Shown: in pieces, positions 1 to 7,792 of the stretch
Position numbering within the stretch: the stretch's first letter is position 1
Layout of the letters: every line of letters starts with the position of its first letter
Assembly (NCBI GenBank): GCA_038217285.1
Contig: JBBQPO010000159.1
Coordinates: 1 to 14,602, forward strand
Reading direction: 5' to 3'
DNA from: Chthonomonadales bacterium
GTDB taxonomy: Bacteria > Armatimonadota > Chthonomonadetes > Chthonomonadales > Chthonomonadaceae
Length of the DNA: 14,602 nt
Position numbers and translations under genes: made by a program
Notes under the pieces: model-generated
The model's input: the letters and a program-made list of their open reading frames with translations, nothing else
Databases searched by the model: none
What the model was told of the DNA's origin: nothing

Positions 1-1585
1 CCTTGAGCGCGGCGGGAATCGGATCGAGCAGGTTGGCCGTGGTCACGAACATCACGTCCGAAAGGTCGAACGGCACTTCGAGATAGTGGTCGCTGAACTC
101 CTTGTTTTGCTCCGGGTCGAGCGTTTCCAGCAGCGCAGAGGAGGGGTCACCCCGGAAGTCCATGCCCAGCTTATCGATCTCATCGAGCATGAAGACGGGG
201 TTGCGGGAGCCGACCTGCTTGATGCCCTGCAGGATGCGCCCCGGCATCGCGCCGATGTAGGTGCGCCGATGGCCGCGTATCTCGGCTTCATCGCGCACAC
301 CACCGAGCGAGACGCGGATGAACTTCCGCCCGAGCGCATGCGCGATGCTCTTGCCGATGGAGGTTTTGCCGACTCCGGGCGGCCCGACCAGGCAGAGAAT
401 GGGGCCGCGGGAGGTTCCGGTCAGTTTGCGCACGGCCAGAAACTCCAGAATCCGCTCCTTGGCCTTCTCCAGCCCATAGTGATCTTCATTGAGGGCGGCT
501 TCCGCCAGATCGAGATCGATGTCGTCGGGGGTCGAGGTCGCCCACGGCAGCGATACCAGCGTATCCAGATAGGTGCGGATGACGACGCCCTCCGGCGCGG
601 GGAACGGCATCTTCTCCAGGCGGCTCAACTCCTTCAGAGCCTTCTCCGCCGCCTGTTCTGGCATCCCGCACTCTTGAATACGGGTGCGGTAGGCGTCCAT
701 CTCGCTGCCAGCCTCGCTGCGCTCGCCCAGCTCCTGCTGAATGATCTTCAACTGCTCGCGCAGCAGAAACTCCCGCTGCGTGTCGCCCATCTCCTTCTCG
801 ACTCGGGTGCGGATGTTCTTCTGGATTTCCAGGATTTCCGCCTCTTTTTTCAGGATCACGCTGAGCTTGTGCAGCCGTTCGCCGACATCGGATGTCTCCA
901 AAATCTCCTGCTGGGCCGGGACACGCATCTGCCGCAGATAGGGCGTGATGACATCGGCGAGGCGGCCAGGCTCCTCCGTATTGATGACGTTGAGCATCGC
1001 TTCCGGCTGGATGTTCTTGTTCATCGCCACCACATCTTCGAACTGCTTGACGACGCTGCGCATCAGGGCTTCCGTCGGCAGGTCCTTGGTCTCTGTGGTG
1101 GGCACGGGTTCCACCTGCACCTGGTAGAACGGCTCGACCTGGAGGTATTTCACCACACGGCAGCGCTCCATGCCCTCCAGCATCACGCGCACGGTCCCGT
1201 CCGGGACGCGTAGGATCTGCATGATCTCCGCGACGATCCCGACCGAATAGATGTCGTCGGGCTCCGGCTCTTCCGCATGAATGTTTTTCTGCGCGACCAG
1301 GAATATATGCCGGTCTTTGGCTGCCGCGTCTTCGAGGGCGCGGACGGACTTCTCTCGCCCAACCAGCAGCGGAAAGATCATATGCGGAAAATAGACCTGA
1401 TCGCGGATGGGAAGCAGCGGCAGGGTCGTAGAGAATTTTTTGTTATTTTCGATCTCGTCCGTCGCATCGGGCTGAAACACGGTACGAAGTAGGGTATCCA
1501 TCTCATCATCGGAGAGCTGATCGATAGGCTTCGTGGCCAGTTCCGCAGAGGGAGGGTTTTTGGGCTTCTTGGGAGCACGAGGCAT
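1..1585 (-). CDS. lon: ATP-dependent Lon protease (endopeptidase La), 5' part; runs off the left edge
   Basis: Manual translation from the ATG at 1585 gives MPRAPKKPK...TLPLLPIRDQVYFPHMIFPLLVGREKSVRALE (LON N-domain), Walker A CLVGPPGVGKTS, RRTYIGAMPGRILQG, Walker B FMLDEIDKLG and LDPEQNKEFSDHYLEVPFDLSDVMF. There is a GAAAGG RBS upstream. It is absent from the ORF track because it has no stop in the window. Confidence 0.97.
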   Translation of the reverse strand, partial: MPRAPKKPKNPPSAELATKPIDQLSDDEMDTLLRTVFQPDATDEIENNKKFSTTLPLLPIRDQVYFPHMIFPLLVGREKSVRALEDAAAKDRHIFLVAQKNIHAEEPEPDDIYSVGIVAEIMQILRVPDGTVRVMLEGMERCRVVKYLQVEPFYQVQVEPVPTTETKDLPTEALMRSVVKQFEDVVAMNKNIQPEAMLNVINTEEPGRLADVITPYLRQMRVPAQQEILETSDVGERLHKLSVILKKEAEILEIQKNIRTRVEKEMGDTQREFLLREQLKIIQQELGERSEAGSEMDAYRTRIQECGMPEQAAEKALKELSRLEKMPFPAPEGVVIRTYLDTLVSLPWATSTPDDIDLDLAEAALNEDHYGLEKAKERILEFLAVRKLTGTSRGPILCLVGPPGVGKTSIGKSIAHALGRKFIRVSLGGVRDEAEIRGHRRTYIGAMPGRILQGIKQVGSRNPVFMLDEIDKLGMDFRGDPSSALLETLDPEQNKEFSDHYLEVPFDLSDVMFVTTANLLDPIPAALK

Positions 1586-1737
1586 GAGTTCATTGACCTT
1601 TCGGGGAAGAGTACCGGGATCTATCTACCGATTCGCGGTGGGAGCCCTGAATTCCTCCACGCGTACTGCCGGCAAACGTTGGCGCAGGAATCGAACAGGA
1701 AGGCAGGAATGCAGGAAGGGAGGCTAGAAAGAACGTA

Positions 1738-1751
1738 TGCTACACTATAAT
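1738..1751. promoter_or_regulatory. Candidate sigma70-type -10 elements in the divergent lon / DUF1549 intergenic region
   Basis: Plus strand has TGcTACACT (1738-1746) and TATAAT (1746-1751); minus strand has TATAGT (1744-1749). This is an AT-rich patch in GC-rich DNA, with no convincing -35. Confidence 0.4.
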
Positions 1752-1879
1752 AATCCGTAACACTGGCCGAGCCAGAGTCTCTATAGAGAGACAGGGCGGC
1801 ACACGGGTTGGGCCGTTCACTCTCTCGTGCCTGACCAATAGCGATTTCACTGTTCGCGTTGGTGTGAAGAGGAATTTTG

Positions 1880-4357
1880 ATGAGACAGTCATTCCAGGGA
1901 ATCTGTGTGCGCAGTATCGCGATCGTCGGTGGTTGCGTGTTGGCGCTGGCGGCAGGCGCGAAGCCGCCTGCGTCGAAGCTGCCTGCCGATCCCCTGGTAA
2001 GGCTGACCGCGTCGCCCGCACGGATTTTGCTGACCGGGCCGTATGCGGAGTCACGGCTGCTCGTGGAGGGGGCGCTGCGCTCGGGGAGCAGCCGGGATGT
2101 GACGGGAACGGCGAACGTTAAGATCGCCGATCCGAAGATCGCGGAACTGGACGACAGCGGTATTGTGCGCGGTAAGCACGACGGGGCTACGACGCTGACG
2201 GCGACGCTGCGCGGACGAACCGTGCGCGTACCGGTGGTGGTGAGCGGCTTCGCGAAGCCTGTCGCTCCGCGTTTCCTGACCGACGTGACGCCTATCCTCA
2301 CCAAAGCCGGCTGCAATATGGGCGCCTGTCATGGGGCGGCCTCCGGCAAGGGCGGTTTCAAGCTCTCGCTGCTGGGCTACGATCCGGACTCCGATTTTAT
2401 CGCCCTCGCTCGTCAGAAGACCGCCGCGCGGATCGCGCCCGTACAGCCCGAACAGAGCCTCTTGCTGCTGAAGCCGACGCTGAAAGTCGTGCATCGCGGC
2501 GGGTTACGGTTCCGGATCGGATCGCCGGAGTATCGACTGCTGCGCGACTGGATCGCCGCCGGCGCGCCCGGCCCGCGCGCTAAAGAGCCCAACGTCGTCG
2601 CACTGGAGACGAGCCCGGCGGTGCGAAAGCTGGCTATCGGACAGACGCAACGTATTCGAGTCACCGCCCGCTACGACAACGGAACCCGCCGCGATGTCAC
2701 CGGGGAAACCCTCTTCACCGGCAGCGACGAGACGGTCGCGAAGGTGAGCGCGGACGGCGAGGCGACCGTCACCGGGCCGGGCGAGGCCGCCGTGGTTATT
2801 CGTTATCAGGGGCTTGTCGGCACCGCGCGGATCATCTCGCCCTACGCCGCCGCCTTCGCGCTGCCGCGCCCTCCCACAGCGATGACATCGGTACAGCAGG
2901 TAGATCGTCTTGGACTTCAGAAGCTCGCCGATCTCGGCCTGCCCACATCGCCCCGCAGCAGCGATTCCGACTTTCTGCGCCGTGCCTCCCTCGATGTGAC
3001 CGGGCAGTTGCCTTCGCCCGATGAGGCTCGCGCCTTCCTCGCCGACCGCGACCCGAACAGGCGCGACAAGCTGATCGATTCTCTGCTCACGCGCCCGGAG
3101 TATGTCGACTTTTGGACGCAGCGGTGGGCCGACATCCTGCGCTGTTCGCGTACCTTCCTCTCGGAAAAAGGGGTCTACGCCTACAACAACTGGATCCGGC
3201 AGAGCGTCGCGCAGAACCGCCCCTGGGACCAGTTCGCGAGCGATCTGCTGATGGCGCAGGGAAGCGCCTTCACCGAAGGCGCGGCCAATTACTACAAAGC
3301 CTCCGGCTCTCCGCAGGAGCTTGCGGAAAACACCGCGCAGATCTTCCTCGGGGTGCGGATGCAGTGCGCGAAATGCCACAACCATCCCTACGACCGCTGG
3401 ACGCAGAACCAGTACTATGAGATGGCTGCTTTTTTCGTGCAGGTCAAACGCAAACCGGGCGAACGCGCGGGCGAGGCATTCGTCTACGCCACGGGTAAGG
3501 GCGAGATCGCCAACCCGCGCACTGGCAAGACCATGCGCCCCTGCGCTCTCGATTCCGCGCCGCTGCCCGCGGAGTATAGCGGAGACCGTCGCCAGGAGTT
3601 GGTGAAGTGGATGACGGCGCCGAAGAATCCCTTCTTCGCCCATACGGTGGTCAACCGCCTCTGGAGGCACTTTCTCGGACGCGGGTTTGTCGAGCCGGTC
3701 GACGACATTCGCCCCACCAATCCCGCTTCCAACGCGCCTCTCTTCGACTTCCTGGCGCAGGACTTCGCCACGAACGGCTACGACCTCAAACGCCTGATGC
3801 GCACGATCCTGCGCTCGGAGGCGTACCAGCGCTCCGCCGTTCCGGTGCGCGGCAACGAGCGCGACACCCGGTACTACGCGCACTACACCTTCAAACGCCT
3901 GGGGGCGGAGCAGATGCTCGACGCGATTTCGTTCGCAACCGGCGTTTCCGAAAAATTCGACGGCATGCCGAGCGGGGTCCGGGCCGAACAACTTCCCGAC
4001 TCCGGCGTCAACTCCTACTTCCTGGACCTGTTCGGACGCCCGGCGCGCAATATCGTCTGCGAGTGCGAACGCTCCGATGAACCCAACTTAGGGCAGGTGC
4101 TGCACCTGATGAACGGTCCCGACCTCAACACCCGCCTGACCGCTAAGACCGGCCGCATCGCCGCGCTCTTCGACAAAAAGCTCGCCGACGCCCCGCTGAT
4201 CGAAGAGCTCTATCTCGCCGCCTACTCCCGCTATCCGACCGCCGACGAGAGCCGTCGTGCCACCGCGACCCTGAGCAAAGCCAAGGATAAGCGCCAGGCG
4301 ACCGAGGATCTCTTCTGGGCGCTGCTCAACGCCAAAGAGTTCTTCTTCAACCACTAA
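1880..4357 (+). CDS. Secreted DUF1549/DUF1553 (PSCyt2/PSD1-type) protein with Ig-like (Big_2-like) domains
   Basis: ATG at 1880 follows a GAGGA RBS; N-terminal signal peptide. Motifs: FLTDVTPILTKAGCNMGACHG...GKGGFKLSLLGYD, FLRRASLDVTGQLPS, QIFLGVRMQCAKCHNHPYDRWTQ, NPFFAHTVVNRLWRHFLGRGFVEPVDD, C-terminal EDLFWALLNAKEFFFNH. Two RDVT-containing Ig-like segments. Confidence 0.9.
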   Translation: MRQSFQGICVRSIAIVGGCVLALAAGAKPPASKLPADPLVRLTASPARILLTGPYAESRLLVEGALRSGSSRDVTGTANVKIADPKIAELDDSGIVRGKHDGATTLTATLRGRTVRVPVVVSGFAKPVAPRFLTDVTPILTKAGCNMGACHGAASGKGGFKLSLLGYDPDSDFIALARQKTAARIAPVQPEQSLLLLKPTLKVVHRGGLRFRIGSPEYRLLRDWIAAGAPGPRAKEPNVVALETSPAVRKLAIGQTQRIRVTARYDNGTRRDVTGETLFTGSDETVAKVSADGEATVTGPGEAAVVIRYQGLVGTARIISPYAAAFALPRPPTAMTSVQQVDRLGLQKLADLGLPTSPRSSDSDFLRRASLDVTGQLPSPDEARAFLADRDPNRRDKLIDSLLTRPEYVDFWTQRWADILRCSRTFLSEKGVYAYNNWIRQSVAQNRPWDQFASDLLMAQGSAFTEGAANYYKASGSPQELAENTAQIFLGVRMQCAKCHNHPYDRWTQNQYYEMAAFFVQVKRKPGERAGEAFVYATGKGEIANPRTGKTMRPCALDSAPLPAEYSGDRRQELVKWMTAPKNPFFAHTVVNRLWRHFLGRGFVEPVDDIRPTNPASNAPLFDFLAQDFATNGYDLKRLMRTILRSEAYQRSAVPVRGNERDTRYYAHYTFKRLGAEQMLDAISFATGVSEKFDGMPSGVRAEQLPDSGVNSYFLDLFGRPARNIVCECERSDEPNLGQVLHLMNGPDLNTRLTAKTGRIAALFDKKLADAPLIEELYLAAYSRYPTADESRRATATLSKAKDKRQATEDLFWALLNAKEFFFNH

Positions 4358-5522
4358 AACCGCTTTCCATTCGATAGAGAGCCGCATAGCTCTCTATCAT
4401 GCGGTTCAGGCCAAACTTCTCTGCGTCGCGCCTTGCAGTCGCCCCCAGACGCTGCCGCAAAGCAGTATCCCCAAGGAGCCTGGTTAGCGCTGCTATCTGC
4501 GCCGCTGTATCTCCGACTTCAGTGAGCAGGCTGTTGTCGCTGTCGCGCAGCACCTCGTCGTTGCCGGGGCAGCGGGTGCTGAGGATCGGGCAGCCCGCCG
4601 CCAGCGCCTCCAGGACCGACAGGCTGAAGTTCTCCGTCTCGGTCGGCAGTATCCAGATCGTCGCCGCCGCCAGCCAGTCCGGAATGTCGCTTCGAAACCC
4701 CAGGAGGTGTACCCGGTCGGCGAGCCCTGCCTGCTCCGCGGCGAAGCGCACCGACTCCTCCTGCTCTCCGCGCCCGACATAGACCAGATGCAGGGCAGGG
4801 AACTCCCCGGCGACCCCGTGAAAAGCCTCCAGGGCGTCCAGAGGGTGTTTCTGCGCGTCCAGGCGGGAGGTAAACACGACCAGCGGCGTTTCCGACGGTA
4901 CGCCTAGCAGCCTTCGAGCGGCCTGCGCATCGCCGTTCCTGAACCTCTCCGTGTCGATCCCGTTGGGGATGGTTCGGACCCGGTCGGGCGGGACGCCATT
5001 GCGCACCTGTATCTGCCTCCCATGTTCGGACGGACAAACGACTGCGTAGAACTGCCGATCAACCGCGGATGCCCAGGCGATTGCCCGCTCCGACCCCGCC
5101 GGAACGGTATCGTATGGGCTATGGACGGTCGCGAAGGCGCGGGGCAGGCGCAGCATTTGAATCGCCTGCTGCGCCAGTCGCGGCAGGCAGACATCGCCGG
5201 TGTGGAAGTGCAGCAGCGAGGTCTGGTGAGCACGCAGCAGCGCCAGAAGATCCGGCAGGGACTGCTGCGCCCCGCGCGGATCCGCCCGAATCAGCGGACT
5301 GCGCTCCACCACAACGCCCCGCGCCTCACCCTCCTCTGCGAACCGCACGGTCGTCTCCAGCACCGGGACGATAATGCGCACGCGCCGACCTCTCGCAGCC
5401 ATACCCGCCGCCAACTCCAGCATCTGCCCCGCATCGCCGCCGTGCCCCAGCACAAACCCTATATAGACTATCTCCGCCTCTTCCGGCATAGTTTCCCAAT
5501 CTCTCCCGGTGTTCTCCGTCAT
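4347..5522 (-). CDS. Glycosyltransferase family 4 (GT-B fold, group 1)
   Basis: Motifs TIPNGIDTERF, VFTSRLDAQKHP, LLGFRSDIPDWLAAA and the EX7E motif ENFSLSVLEALAAGCP. The start is uncertain: ATG at 5522 (GGAGG upstream) or ATG at 5489. The 3' end overlaps the convergent DUF1549 gene by 11 bp. Confidence 0.92.
   Translation of the reverse strand: MTENTGRDWETMPEEAEIVYIGFVLGHGGDAGQMLELAAGMAARGRRVRIIVPVLETTVRFAEEGEARGVVVERSPLIRADPRGAQQSLPDLLALLRAHQTSLLHFHTGDVCLPRLAQQAIQMLRLPRAFATVHSPYDTVPAGSERAIAWASAVDRQFYAVVCPSEHGRQIQVRNGVPPDRVRTIPNGIDTERFRNGDAQAARRLLGVPSETPLVVFTSRLDAQKHPLDALEAFHGVAGEFPALHLVYVGRGEQEESVRFAAEQAGLADRVHLLGFRSDIPDWLAAATIWILPTETENFSLSVLEALAAGCPILSTRCPGNDEVLRDSDNSLLTEVGDTAAQIAALTRLLGDTALRQRLGATARRDAEKFGLNRMIESYAALYRMESGFSG
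4373..4398 (+). terminator. Perfect 10-bp stem-loop just downstream of the DUF1549 gene, possible terminator
   Basis: GATAGAGAGC-cgcata-GCTCTCTATC starts 16 bp after the stop at 4357, inside the GT4 coding sequence. It has no U-tract. Confidence 0.3.
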
Positions 5523-5743
5523 GCCGAAGAGCAGCCTCCATAAAATGATGCCGCTCAAAGTATAGCAAATTCGGGGTGCGGAACAGAGCCTGCCTTGTAT
5601 TCACGTCAAAAACTGGGAATTTGCCGGACCGATGCCTTGAACGGGAATATTCTCTGCGGGGGGATGAGTCAACAGACAAAGCGAGCATTCCGGGGAAGCG
5701 CTGCGGAAAAGACCAGGATCTGTTCGGGCAAGGAGAAATCGAG

Positions 5744-6448
5744 TTGCAACAAAGTCATAGTAAGACAGGCGGGCTCAAAACGGCCTGCGCGATGATAACC
5801 CTTCTGACGCTTGCTTGCGTCGTATCGGGTGCGGGCGCGACAGACGACGAAAAAAAGTCGGCGCGTCCGACCGGGGTTGTTTCGACACTGTGGGGTCTGC
5901 AAGACGCAGGAGAGAAGGTGACGCTGCTCGTGATGCACGGCGATCCTCTGACGCTCGCCGTGCAGCCGGACACGCTGCTTGCCGGGATGTGCCTGCACTG
6001 CAATATCGTCATGGAAGTCAAAGCGGGGCAGAGCGCGAAGACCTGTACGAAGTGCGCGTGCAATACCGGCAACGCGGAGTGTTTCGTCAACAAGGTCGCG
6101 GGGAAGAACGGCTGGACGGATCTGTTCAAAGCCCTGCCGAAAGGAACCGTACTCCGGGTCGAGACCATGCAGGCGGACAAGCCTGATTCCGGCCTGAAGC
6201 GGCTGACAATCGACTATAAAACGGCCCTGCTGCCGATTCAGAGCGCCTCGGCTCCGACTCTGGACGTTATGCTGGCGGCGGCAAAGGCGGTCGGCGGCAC
6301 GAGCGTAGAACTGGACGACGAAGGCACGCGCCTGCTGATCCATCTCAAAACCGATTGGACGCAGGACAGAGAAACCCGTCTCGCGAAGTCGCTGGCGCAA
6401 ATCGGCGTCGATGTGGCCTTCCCCCCGCAAGAAAAAGCCGCGAAATAG
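5744..6448 (+). CDS. Exported Cys-rich hypothetical protein, possibly metal-binding
   Basis: In-frame TTG at 5744 lies 8 nt after AGGAG (alternative ATG at 5792). Hydrophobic signal segment ITLLTLACVVSGAGA; Cys cluster CLHC-x13-CTKCAC-x6-C. The ORF-track start at 5576 is probably too long. Confidence 0.7.
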   Translation: MQQSHSKTGGLKTACAMITLLTLACVVSGAGATDDEKKSARPTGVVSTLWGLQDAGEKVTLLVMHGDPLTLAVQPDTLLAGMCLHCNIVMEVKAGQSAKTCTKCACNTGNAECFVNKVAGKNGWTDLFKALPKGTVLRVETMQADKPDSGLKRLTIDYKTALLPIQSASAPTLDVMLAAAKAVGGTSVELDDEGTRLLIHLKTDWTQDRETRLAKSLAQIGVDVAFPPQEKAAK

Positions 6449-6567
6449 CCGTTTTGTAGACTCTGTTTGCACCGAAGCGCATCCTCCTGACGGCTTCTCT
6501 ACCCGTTCGCTTCTTATCATCGTTCCATTACATAGACACCTTCACGAGAAGAGAGGTTGGGCTTTCA

Positions 6568-7782
6568 ATGACTAAAATTGCTCGTTCGCATAGGCAGCGT
6601 TCGTGGAGACGACCGGCGAAAATGGGTCCGGTATGGGTCGTGCTGTGTCTTCTCGCGGGAACCCTGCTATCGGCATTTCCGACATCGGCATGGGCCATCC
6701 CGGCCTTTTCACGCAAATACAATCTGTACTGTGAGCGCTGCCATTCGATGGTGCCGCGCCTGAACGCCTTCGGCTATAGTTTTTATCGGGCGGGCTTCCG
6801 GCTTCCAGGCCCCAATAAGCCTCTGACACTGGGAAGTACGACCGACCTGCTTACCGACGTGACGGCGGCACATAGCAACCCCGGTCATTCGGACACGATC
6901 ACCGATGATAGGCTCAAAGCGAGGTTCATCGGGACTCTGACCCAGAATGTGACGCTGCACACCGGCTACAACTTTAGCCTGAGCCCTGCGGCGACTTCGG
7001 GTTTTGACGAGATCTGGGTGCAGGTCAACTCGGCAGCGAAGGGAACGTTCTGGTCGTTTCGGGCCGGACAGATGCCGGTACTGGACGGCTATAACCTGCT
7101 TGGCAATCGCAACATTTCGCTGACCGATCCGCAACTGCTCGGTCCGTTCGGCGCACTCTCCGGCGATTTCGGCAATCTGAATCTGAGCGATCTGGGCCGC
7201 GGATTCCAGGCGGGATACACCAGCGGGCATCTCTCCGCGCGCGTCTCGCTCCTCAGCGGCATCAAGGCAGCGGGGGAGGTCAACAATGCTCTCGCCTTCC
7301 ACGACTACCTGCTACAGACCGAATATTTCCTCGACAAGGAGGGCAGCGTCGTGCAGGCGTTCACCTATGTCGGCAAGACCCCGCTCGACGCCGTAGGCTA
7401 CACCAATCACTTCCAGCGCAGCGGCCTCTTCGGCACCTGGGCGCGCCCTTTGAAGCATGGAAGGAGTGGCATTCCTGCGATGCTCCTGGAACTGAATGGA
7501 GGCCTGCTCTGGGGAGAGGACCAGACCTCTGCGGCGGGAGACCGACAGAACAGCTTCGGAGCCGTGCTGGAAACGGCGCTTATTCTCCACAGCCGGACAG
7601 CCCTCTTCCTGCGCTACGATGGTGTACGGTTCGGCAGCGCTTCGGGTGCGCCTACCACCGAGGCTCTCACCGCCGGGTTCGCCCATCGCTTCACGCGATA
7701 CTTTAAGGCGGAACTGGAACTCCGAGAACAGCGCGCACCCTACAACGCCTCGATCCTGGGCGGATTCAGCTTCTACCTCTAA
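6568..7782 (+). CDS. Cyc2-like monoheme cytochrome c fused to an outer-membrane beta-barrel (cytochrome-porin)
   Basis: Signal peptide ending AWA, followed by IPAFSRKYNLYCERCHSMVPRLNAFGYSFYRAGF, which matches the Cyc2 N-terminal pattern PxFAR[QK][TY]xxxCxxCHxxxPxLxxxGxxFxxxG[YF]. The rest has alternating amphipathic strands and an aromatic C-terminus (GGFSFYL). Alternative start at 6622. Confidence 0.8.
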   Translation: MTKIARSHRQRSWRRPAKMGPVWVVLCLLAGTLLSAFPTSAWAIPAFSRKYNLYCERCHSMVPRLNAFGYSFYRAGFRLPGPNKPLTLGSTTDLLTDVTAAHSNPGHSDTITDDRLKARFIGTLTQNVTLHTGYNFSLSPAATSGFDEIWVQVNSAAKGTFWSFRAGQMPVLDGYNLLGNRNISLTDPQLLGPFGALSGDFGNLNLSDLGRGFQAGYTSGHLSARVSLLSGIKAAGEVNNALAFHDYLLQTEYFLDKEGSVVQAFTYVGKTPLDAVGYTNHFQRSGLFGTWARPLKHGRSGIPAMLLELNGGLLWGEDQTSAAGDRQNSFGAVLETALILHSRTALFLRYDGVRFGSASGAPTTEALTAGFAHRFTRYFKAELELREQRAPYNASILGGFSFYL

Positions 7783-7792
7783 ACCGGAAGCG

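Noticed and set aside
86-1213. 375-aa plus-strand ORF
   Set aside because: It is the antisense shadow of lon, which has clear motifs on the minus strand.
2504-3991. 495-aa minus-strand ORF
   Set aside because: It is the antisense shadow of the DUF1549/DUF1553 gene and has no recognisable motifs.
5760-5786. Possible fourth ECF promoter GTAAGA-N15-CGGCCT
   Set aside because: Both boxes are degenerate and the site lies within the probable coding start of the Cys-rich gene.
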